Program-made: the position numbers and the translations under genes
Shown here: one piece after another, positions 14,299 through 20,761 of the stretch
How positions within the stretch are numbered: position 1 is the stretch's first letter
Layout of the letters: every line of letters begins with the position of its first letter
NCBI GenBank assembly: GCA_942493095.1
Contig: OW818675.1
Span: 270,001-302,000, forward strand
Length of the DNA: 32,000 bases
Source of the DNA: Candidatus Electronema halotolerans
GTDB taxonomy: Bacteria > Desulfobacterota > Desulfobulbia > Desulfobulbales > Desulfobulbaceae
Direction of reading: 5' to 3'
Notes under the pieces: model-generated
The model's database searches: none
The model's input: the letters and a program-made list of their open reading frames with translations, nothing else
Told to the model about the DNA's origin: nothing

Positions 14299-15702
14299 GT
14301 GCAAGGCAAAGTGCTTATCGCCAATCGCGGGGAAATTGCCATCCGCATCATGGAAGCCTGTCAGGCTCTGGGGCTTGACTTTGCAGTCATTTACACCGAG
14401 GCTGACCGCGACTCCGAGCATGTCCGGCGATGTCAGCTCAAAGGGCCGGACCAGAACGCCTGGCGGGTGGTCAGCTATACAGACCCCAATGATCTGCTGG
14501 CTGTGGCCGATCACAGCGGCTGCACTGCCGTGCATCCGGGCTATGGCTTTTTTTCCGAAGACTGGCGTTTTGCCCGTCGGGTGACAGTGCGTGACCGACC
14601 CCTGACCTTTATTGGCCCCAGCTGGGAGGTGATCCGCGATCTTGGCGACAAGATCAACACCAAGCGGATTGCCCAGAAATTGGACATCCCCACCATTCCC
14701 GGCACCTCCGCGCCGATCTACAATGAAATGGAGGCTGAGGAGATTGCCCAGCACATCCTTGACATTCAGCGCGAGCAGAGGGAGCCAAACCCGGCAGTCT
14801 TGGTCAAGGCGGCGGCTGGCGGCGGCGGCATGGGCATTGAGGAGGTCAGCCGGATTGAGCAGTTCCGCCGGGTTTATCGACAGGTGCAGAACTATGCCAA
14901 ACGGCAGTTTGGTGACGGCGGGGTGCTGATTGAGCAGCGGCTCTGCGATTTCAACCACTTGGAAGTGCAGCTTGTCTGCTCGCGCCACGATGAGCGCATC
15001 CATTTCGGCACCCGCAACTGCACCATTCAATCCACAGGCCGCCAGAAGCGGGTCGAGGCCGCGCCTGGCTTTCACTCCTCCTGTTTTCAGTACGACTTTG
15101 ATTCGGAACAGGTTTTGGACAGCGTGGTTGAACATTCGCTCAAGCTGGCTGACTCGGTCAAATACGACAACGTCGGCACGTGGGAGTGGATTGTCAGCCG
15201 CAGCGGCAGGCCCTACTTGCTGGAGGTCAACACCCGCATTCAGGTGGAGAACGATGTTTCGGCCCGGATCAGCTATTTGAACGGCAAGCATCCCAATCTG
15301 CTCCAAGAGCAGATCCGGCTGGCCTTGGGCGAGCAGATGGGCTACGAACAAAATGACGTTATTTTCAAAGGCGCGAGCATTGAGCTGCGCCTTGTGGCCG
15401 AGAATCCGGCCCGCGACTTTGCCCCGTGGATTGGCACCATCACCCGCTTTGACCTGCCCAGATATGAATGGTCGGCAGTCTATAGCCATGTCCCTTCTGA
15501 CCGGCCCTATCCCATTCCCAGCGAGTATGATCCCAACTTGGCTTTGGCCTTGGTCTGGGGCGACACCGTGGAGCAGGCCAAGGAGCGGGCGCGGCAGTTC
15601 ATCGACAACTGCCATATTGAAGGCGCGGACAGCGCAGGCGGCTCCATCCTCACCAATCTCGATTATCTCCGCAGAAACCTTGACCGGCTGCTGACCTTCT
15701 GA
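14299..15702 (+). CDS. accC: biotin carboxylase (AccC-like, divergent)
   Basis: I prefer GTG 14299, 6 nt after AAGAGG (14287-14292), which gives MQGKVLIANRGEIA. The track start at 14245 and ATGs at 14266/14269 have no SD. ATP-grasp motifs are HPGYGF, KAAAGGGGMG, NHLEVQLV and EVNTRIQVE. Confidence 0.85.
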   Translation: MQGKVLIANRGEIAIRIMEACQALGLDFAVIYTEADRDSEHVRRCQLKGPDQNAWRVVSYTDPNDLLAVADHSGCTAVHPGYGFFSEDWRFARRVTVRDRPLTFIGPSWEVIRDLGDKINTKRIAQKLDIPTIPGTSAPIYNEMEAEEIAQHILDIQREQREPNPAVLVKAAAGGGGMGIEEVSRIEQFRRVYRQVQNYAKRQFGDGGVLIEQRLCDFNHLEVQLVCSRHDERIHFGTRNCTIQSTGRQKRVEAAPGFHSSCFQYDFDSEQVLDSVVEHSLKLADSVKYDNVGTWEWIVSRSGRPYLLEVNTRIQVENDVSARISYLNGKHPNLLQEQIRLALGEQMGYEQNDVIFKGASIELRLVAENPARDFAPWIGTITRFDLPRYEWSAVYSHVPSDRPYPIPSEYDPNLALALVWGDTVEQAKERARQFIDNCHIEGADSAGGSILTNLDYLRRNLDRLLTF

Positions 15703-15736
15703 GTGCAAAGTCGGCAGACTGTTTTCTCATACCACC

Positions 15737-18007
15737 ATGAATGACCTGATCAAGCAGCTTCAGGAGATTGACCGGCGCATCGGCTATCTGATCCATATAA
15801 AAGATTCAGATCAATGGGGCAATCTGGCTGAATTCCGCCGCCGGGCCGAACAGCTGCGCAACTCGGCCTTTGATGTCAGCCGGGATGAATTCAGCGCCCG
15901 TCTCGACAAGTTGGATGACTCGCTCCGTTTTCTCGAAGAGCGCTGCGAAGAGGGCCTGACTCCGATGGAACGGGTGCGGATTGTCCGTTCACCGCTGCGC
16001 TTCACGCTCAAGGACATTCTTGAGAATGTCTATGAGGAGCACAAGGAGCTGGGCGGCGCAGGCGAGGCCAATATTGATCCGGCTATGGTGGTGGCCAAGG
16101 CCAACATTGTCCGACGGATAAAGCGCAAGCCTTACACCTCGCCAGTGATGGTCATTGGTCAGGAGGTCGGCAAAGGCGAGGAGTTCCGCAACGGCGGCTC
16201 CTGCAAGCCGTGGGGCAATGAGAAGGCCATGCGCTATATGCGGGTTGCTGAGACCGAAGGCATTCCAATTCATTTCTACATCTTCACGCCCGGCTCGTAT
16301 CCGATTGAGGACTATCCCGGCGCGGCCCAGCAGATTGCCCGCAATCTCTACACCATGACCAAGCTGCGGGTGCCGATGATCTCGGTGATCTCCGAAGGCG
16401 GCTCCGGCGGAGCTGAGGCCGTTGGTTTGAGCGACTTCCGCCTCATGTTTTCGCATGGCTATTACTCGGTCATCTCGCCGGAAGGCGCAGCGGCTATTGA
16501 GGGCAAAGTCAGGGAAGGCACCAAAGCATCGCCGGAGCTGATTGAAAAATGCGCCCGCCAGCTCAATATCACCGCTGCCGACAATCTCCGCCTTGGCACC
16601 ATTGACCGGATCATCAAGGAACCGCTGCTGGGTGCGAAAAGCGATGACTATGCCTTTTTCGCCCGCGTCCGCTCCGAGGTCATCCGGGCCACAGACGAGG
16701 CCGTGCTGAAAACCAAGAGCGTGCGCGGTTTCCGGGCTTATGAGGTCAAGCGGAAAAAAGCGGAAAACCCGGATGAAGCGCCCCAGATTGACATTCCGTG
16801 GGACTTGGACGAGGGCGAGACAGACAGGCTGCTGGAGCTGCGTTCCAAAAAATACCGGGAGATGAGTCTGCACAGTTTTGGCGGCATCACCATGCCAGCG
16901 GAGAACATCTTCCGGGCACTGTATTCTGTTTCTGAAAAAATCTGGTACACTATCCGCTATGATGTGCTGAAAAGTCAGCACAAGCAGATGCAGAAGACGA
17001 TCAAAGAGATTTCCGGCGAAGGCACGGCCTTGGTCAACCGCATCACCGCGCCTTTCACGAAAATTTTCTGTCGGGAGGAGCACGAAAGCAGGCCAGTGCC
17101 CCGCTCCCTGACTTCTGCGGCTCCACAAACTGCGGGTGATTACTGCCTGCTCCAAGACCCGCTGGAATTGACCGACACCTACACCAGCCCCTTGGCCAAT
17201 GAGGATCGGACCATCACCTGCCCGAATGCGGAGAAATACGGCTGCAAAGACTTGTGGATACCTGATCTGTATGGCGAATTCTGCGGGGTCTGTGAAAACT
17301 GCGGCCATCACTTTCCCCTTGAATATCAGTGGTATTTGCAAAACGTCTTTGATTCCGGCTCAATCCGCATTTTCAACAACGATATTTTTTCCAAAAATCC
17401 GCTCAACTACGAGGGCTTTGACGAGCGGTTGCAGGCGGCCCGCGCCAAAACCGGCATGGGCTGCGCCAATCTGACCTTTCATGCCAAGGTCAGGGATATC
17501 GAATTAGTTGTGACCATGCTTTTTTCTGATTTCCGCAACGGCACAGTCGGCTCGGCTGAGGGAGAAAAGTTTGTCCAAGCCTGCGACATTGCCCGGCGCA
17601 AAAAACGGCCTCTGCTCGCCTACATCCACACCACGGGCGGCATCCGCATTCAGGAAGGCACCCTTGGCGTGGCCCAGATGCCCAAATGCACGATGGCGGT
17701 GCGCGAGTACATCGACGCGGGCGGTCTGTACATAGTGGTCTATGACAACAACTCCTACGCTGGACCAGTGGCCTCGTTCCTCGGCTGCTCGCCGTATCAA
17801 TTCGCCATCCGCTCCAGCCGGATCGGCTTTGCCGGGCCGCGTGTCATCCGCGAAACCACTGGCATTGACATTCCGCCTGATTACCACGATGCCCGCAACG
17901 CCCTGAAACGCGGCCACATTCAAGGCATCACCGACCGGCGTGACTTCCGCCGTCATCTTTATCAGGTCATGCAGACTATGGGCAGTCCCGGGCTGTACTA
18001 TCGGTGA
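15737..18007 (+). CDS. fused carboxyltransferase: AccA-like N-terminal half and AccD-like C-terminal half
   Basis: The N-terminal half has GSCKPWGNEKAMRYMRVAETEGIPIHFYIFTPGSYP and SEGGSGGAEA...YSVISPEGAAAI (AccA pattern). The C-terminal half has a Cys-rich Zn-ribbon-like FCGVCENCGHHF followed by an AccD-like core (TGGIRIQEG, GFAGPRVI). Confidence 0.85.
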   Translation: MNDLIKQLQEIDRRIGYLIHIKDSDQWGNLAEFRRRAEQLRNSAFDVSRDEFSARLDKLDDSLRFLEERCEEGLTPMERVRIVRSPLRFTLKDILENVYEEHKELGGAGEANIDPAMVVAKANIVRRIKRKPYTSPVMVIGQEVGKGEEFRNGGSCKPWGNEKAMRYMRVAETEGIPIHFYIFTPGSYPIEDYPGAAQQIARNLYTMTKLRVPMISVISEGGSGGAEAVGLSDFRLMFSHGYYSVISPEGAAAIEGKVREGTKASPELIEKCARQLNITAADNLRLGTIDRIIKEPLLGAKSDDYAFFARVRSEVIRATDEAVLKTKSVRGFRAYEVKRKKAENPDEAPQIDIPWDLDEGETDRLLELRSKKYREMSLHSFGGITMPAENIFRALYSVSEKIWYTIRYDVLKSQHKQMQKTIKEISGEGTALVNRITAPFTKIFCREEHESRPVPRSLTSAAPQTAGDYCLLQDPLELTDTYTSPLANEDRTITCPNAEKYGCKDLWIPDLYGEFCGVCENCGHHFPLEYQWYLQNVFDSGSIRIFNNDIFSKNPLNYEGFDERLQAARAKTGMGCANLTFHAKVRDIELVVTMLFSDFRNGTVGSAEGEKFVQACDIARRKKRPLLAYIHTTGGIRIQEGTLGVAQMPKCTMAVREYIDAGGLYIVVYDNNSYAGPVASFLGCSPYQFAIRSSRIGFAGPRVIRETTGIDIPPDYHDARNALKRGHIQGITDRRDFRRHLYQVMQTMGSPGLYYR

Positions 18008-18036
18008 TTTTTTTGCCTGAGCCGGAGGATTTTCGC

Positions 18037-18065
18037 TTGACCTTGCCGCTCGGCTGTGGCAAAAT
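18037..18065 (+). promoter_or_regulatory. sigma70-like promoter, a copy of the tRNA-Lys promoter
   Basis: TTGACC (18037-18042), a 17-nt spacer, then CAAAAT (18060-18065). The -35 hexamer and spacer are near-identical to those of the tRNA promoter at 18535-18563. Confidence 0.35.
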
Positions 18066-18244
18066 TTTTCTAAAGGGAACCTCGATAAATTGGTGTTTTT
18101 GGCAGTTGTTGCTTTGCAACTGCTTGATTATTCGACAGCGCTTTCGGCAAGATCGGCATTTTTTCGAGGAACCATAAAGCCAATTGTTCTCTCTGTTTTG
18201 AACAACAGATTGATATTATCTACTTTAATCCAAAGAGGCAAGCA

Positions 18245-18496
18245 ATGAAAAAAGAGGAGCTGCTTCAGTTTGTTGAAGAGAAAATCAACAGTTATGCTCA
18301 ACGCATCATTGATGCTAATGACAAGGGTGATGATTCTGCGTTGGGAGAATTGATTGTCTATATGGGCTTGCGCAGAATCTTGAAAGGCGAGGAGCGTCGC
18401 ATTCAAGACTATGGCATGATGGATGCTTTTAATGATGTCCTGAAGGAGCTGGGCATTATCAAGTCCGGCAAGTTCTATCAGGATTATTTTCAGTAA
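18245..18496 (+). CDS. small hypothetical protein (83 aa, acidic, helical)
   Basis: ATG 18245 follows AGAGG (18233-18237). It lies in an AT-richer segment. Its composition is more protein-like than the overlapping 150-aa minus-strand ORF. Confidence 0.45.
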   Translation: MKKEELLQFVEEKINSYAQRIIDANDKGDDSALGELIVYMGLRRILKGEERRIQDYGMMDAFNDVLKELGIIKSGKFYQDYFQ

Positions 18497-18534
18497 GTTG
18501 CCAAGCCGTACAGACGACCGCAGAATTTTTTTGC

Positions 18535-18563
18535 TTGACCTTGCGGCCCGGCTGTGGTAGATA
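18535..18563 (+). promoter_or_regulatory. promoter of tRNA-Lys
   Basis: TTGACC (18535-18540), a 17-nt spacer, then TAGATA (18558-18563), about 20 nt upstream of the mature tRNA 5' end. Confidence 0.55.
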
Positions 18564-18582
18564 AGAAGGACATTTTTCACAG

Positions 18583-18658
<76 letters not shown>

Positions 18659-18669
18659 GCAGCACATTC

Positions 18670-18704
18670 AAGGAGTCAGCCTCTTGCAGGTTGACTCCTT
18701 TTTG
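18670..18704 (+). terminator. rho-independent terminator after tRNA-Lys
   Basis: AAGGAGTCAGCC pairs with GGTTGACTCCTT (one mismatch), followed by TTTTGTTT. Confidence 0.75.
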
Positions 18705-18945
18705 TTTATGTTGCTAATGAGCTATGCTGAATCTGTCATCTCCAGCTCTTGCAGGAGAAAATCGCGAACATGATGTTTTGTCGCAGAGGCTTGAAATGAT
18801 GCATCGTGCTGATGATTTTTTATTGCAGGATGCAGAAGGAAAGAATCGTTAGCTTGCAGGAGAGAATCGAGGTCGCGCAGGAAAACTTGCACCTGCCGAT
18901 TTTTCACTCAGGCATCAGGATAAAAAGCAACAGGAGGATGTGATC

Positions 18946-19290
18946 ATGCTGACGAACAGTATTCCCAAGCTGCTTCAGGAGGCGGGAGAGGTGAAGCAGG
19001 CGTTGGCAAAAATAGGCGAAGGGCTGCCGCCTGAAATTTCGGCGGAGGGCATGCAGGCCAAGATTGATGAACTGGAAGCAGTGATCAGCCAGCTGGATGC
19101 AGTTAATGCGGAGCGGACGCGGCTGGTGAATGTCAAGAGGGGCAAGGCCGAGGGGACGAGCGATTACATTGTGCAGGCGCGGTCGGTGGTGAAGGGAATT
19201 TTCGGGGCAGATTCTTCAGAATATGATATGGTTGGTGGAACGAGGTCGAGTGAGCGGAAGAAGCCGAAGAAGAAGGAGGGAGAGGAGTGA
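18946..19290 (+). CDS. hypothetical protein with a coiled-coil-like middle and Lys-rich C-terminus
   Basis: ATG 18946 lies 8 nt after AGGAGG (18932-18937). The product is 114 aa and ends SERKKPKKKEGEE. No family recognised. Confidence 0.6.
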   Translation: MLTNSIPKLLQEAGEVKQALAKIGEGLPPEISAEGMQAKIDELEAVISQLDAVNAERTRLVNVKRGKAEGTSDYIVQARSVVKGIFGADSSEYDMVGGTRSSERKKPKKKEGEE

Positions 19291-19293
19291 TGT

Positions 19294-19322
19294 TTCCCGG
19301 CCCGGAGATGCGTCTCCGGGCT
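19294..19322. repeat. hairpin repeat element, copy 1
   Basis: TTCCCGGCCCGGAGATGCGTCTCCGGGCT has a 9-bp stem, GCCCGGAGA (19300-19308) with TCTCCGGGC (19313-19321). It begins 4 nt after the 18946 gene stop. AACATAGCCT follows at 19343-19352. Confidence 0.6.
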
Positions 19323-19405
19323 ATCTCTTGCAAGATGCTATGAACATAGCCTTCGCTGTGCTTCGGGGAGGGAGGGCTTCACCATAATGAACAGAGGAGG
19401 TTTCT

Positions 19406-19660
19406 ATGAAATCAATGACCATTCACGGCATAGACGGTGAGCTTGAAAAAAAGCTGGCTGAAAGATCGAAACAGTCCGGCCTGAGCCGAAATCGTTTTGT
19501 AAAATTTATCCTACAGAAGACACTGCTCTCTGACAGGAAAGCAGCACGACGGGAAATGTTTTCCGATCTATTCGGCAAATGGACGGAAGACGAAAAAAAA
19601 GACTTTGAAGAAAGAATCAAAGAGCTGAACAGAATAGACGAGTCGGACTGGCAGGAATGA
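19406..19660 (+). CDS. vapB: ribbon-helix-helix antitoxin (VapB-like)
   Basis: AGAGGAGG lies upstream. MKSMTIHGIDGELEKKLAERSKQSGLSRNRFVKFILQKTL fits a beta-strand plus two helices of the RHH fold. There is a 4-nt ATGA overlap with the PIN toxin gene. Confidence 0.75.
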   Translation: MKSMTIHGIDGELEKKLAERSKQSGLSRNRFVKFILQKTLLSDRKAARREMFSDLFGKWTEDEKKDFEERIKELNRIDESDWQE

Positions 19661-20052
19661 CAAAGATACTTCTCGACACAAATGCATACAGCGGCTTCCT
19701 TTCAGGAGACCGGCTTGTTTTTGAGCACATCATTGAATCGGAAATCATATATCTTTCCACTGTCATGATCGGCGAACTCTTTGCCGGATTTCATGGCGGC
19801 AGCAAGTTCTCTCAAAACAAGAACGAACTGAAAACATTTCTGAGCAAGGAGGGGGTGACGGTTATTGATGTTTCAATTGAAACAGCAGAAATATTCGGAG
19901 AAATAAAATCTCAGCTTCGCCGCAAAGGAAAGATGATTCCCCTGAATGATATATGGATTGCTGCTCACGCCGTTGAAACCGGGGCGAAACTGATTTCTTA
20001 CGATGCGCACTTCAAAAATATCAGCGGACTACGCTTGTGGGAAGAGTTGTAG
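19657..20052 (+). CDS. vapC: PIN-domain toxin VapC
   Basis: 131 aa with ILLDTNA (first acidic residue), GEL and NDIWIAAHAVETGAKLISYDAHF. This is the typical VapC layout. Confidence 0.88.
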   Translation: MTKILLDTNAYSGFLSGDRLVFEHIIESEIIYLSTVMIGELFAGFHGGSKFSQNKNELKTFLSKEGVTVIDVSIETAEIFGEIKSQLRRKGKMIPLNDIWIAAHAVETGAKLISYDAHFKNISGLRLWEEL

Positions 20053-20101
20053 CATTATTCACGCAGTATCTGCTTTAGTCAGACAAGGCAGCGTTGTAGT
20101 A

Positions 20102-20129
20102 TTCCCGGCCCAGAGATGGTCTCCGGGCT
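20102..20129. repeat. hairpin repeat element, copy 2
   Basis: TTCCCGGCCCAGAGATGGTCTCCGGGCT matches copy 1 except for one substitution and one 1-nt deletion. It starts 50 nt after the vapC stop. AACATAGCCT follows again at 20162-20171. Confidence 0.6.
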
Positions 20130-20229
20130 GTTGGCGGATGTCCATTGCGGGGCAAAATAAAAACATAGCCTGCTGCTTCAGCGGCGGGTAGATGATATTT
20201 TAACAGTAACTGGCAGACAGGAGAATTTC

Positions 20230-20445
20230 ATGAAGATGAGAAAAGGAAAGAGTTTTGCGAAAGCGGCAAGATGTTTTGTGTTGCTGAATTTGCTTGTATC
20301 AGTCGCAGGATGGTCAGGTTTAGCGATGGCTGCGACAGAATGTTGTGGCTACAGTGATTCAAGCAATACTTACCCTTGTTATGGAGTGCGGATTTGTGGA
20401 TTCAACTCGCAAGTGCAACTTTTTTTGGTTATCCAAAAAGCATAG
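20230..20445 (+). CDS. possible small secreted Cys-rich peptide
   Basis: AGGAGA lies 7 nt upstream of ATG 20230. Signal-like segment CFVLLNLLVSVAGWSGLAMA is followed by ATECCGYSDSSNTYPCYGVRICG. The last ~16 codons are encoded by arm 1 of the inverted repeat, so the 3' end may be fortuitous. Confidence 0.3.
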   Translation: MKMRKGKSFAKAARCFVLLNLLVSVAGWSGLAMAATECCGYSDSSNTYPCYGVRICGFNSQVQLFLVIQKA

Positions 20446-20571
20446 GTTGGCTGGCACTTTGAATACTTCATGTAAATTTTCTCTTAGTTAGCGACAAAAG
20501 CAAAGTTGTGACACTCCCGTAACTGCCTTTTCTTGCAACCAAAAAAAGTTGCACTTGGAACTTGAATTCAC
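20396..20571. repeat. 35-bp imperfect inverted repeat pair enclosing 105 bp
   Basis: Arm 1 (20396-20430) is GTGGATTCAACTCGCAAGTGCAACTTTTTTTGGTT. The reverse complement of arm 2 (20537-20571) is GTGAATTCAAGTTCCAAGTGCAACTTTTTTTGGTT. They match at 31 of 35 positions, and the inner 21 nt are identical. Confidence 0.6.
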
Positions 20572-20741
20572 CAACCAATACAGAAGAAGAAATGCGGGAG
20601 AAAAGAAGGCTGTATTTTACAGGCGGTGCAGAGAAAGTTTGGATATGCGATCAAAACGGAGATATGCAATTCTTCTGTGCTGCCGAAGAAATTGCACACG
20701 CAAAACGTGTTCCAGAATTTCCAAAACATATTGAAATCTAA
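20523..20741 (+). pseudogene. decayed 3' fragment of a Uma2-family (DUF820) endonuclease-like gene
   Basis: The open frame from 20523 to TAA at 20739-20741 reads ...NLNSPTNTEEEMREKRRLYFTGGAEKVWICDQNGDMQFF...VPEFPKHIEI. This resembles the C-terminal SPSNT..EM..K..Y...G..E.W..D pattern of Uma2 proteins as I remember it. No N-terminal half and no proper start are present. Confidence 0.35.
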
Positions 20742-20761
20742 CCGTATCTTCCCTGAATCTC

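Noticed and set aside
14158-15708. 516-aa minus-strand ORF covering the whole biotin carboxylase gene.
   Set aside because: It is antisense to an ORF with unmistakable ATP-grasp motifs. This is a typical GC-rich shadow ORF with Ala/Gly/Arg/Leu-rich composition and no recognisable domain.
18128-18580. 150-aa minus-strand ORF in the AT-rich segment upstream of tRNA-Lys.
   Set aside because: It would start inside the tRNA promoter region and run antisense to the better-supported 83-aa plus-strand ORF. It has no SD. Neither ORF can be proven from sequence alone.
18722-18907. 61-aa minus-strand ORF just after the tRNA terminator.
   Set aside because: It has a GTG start without an SD, no recognisable motif, and a short length. 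There is not enough support.
19291-20193. The hairpin repeats as integron attC sites.
   Set aside because: No RYYYAAC/GTTRRRY core pairs and no intI gene could be recognised by eye. The repeats are kept as an unexplained element instead.
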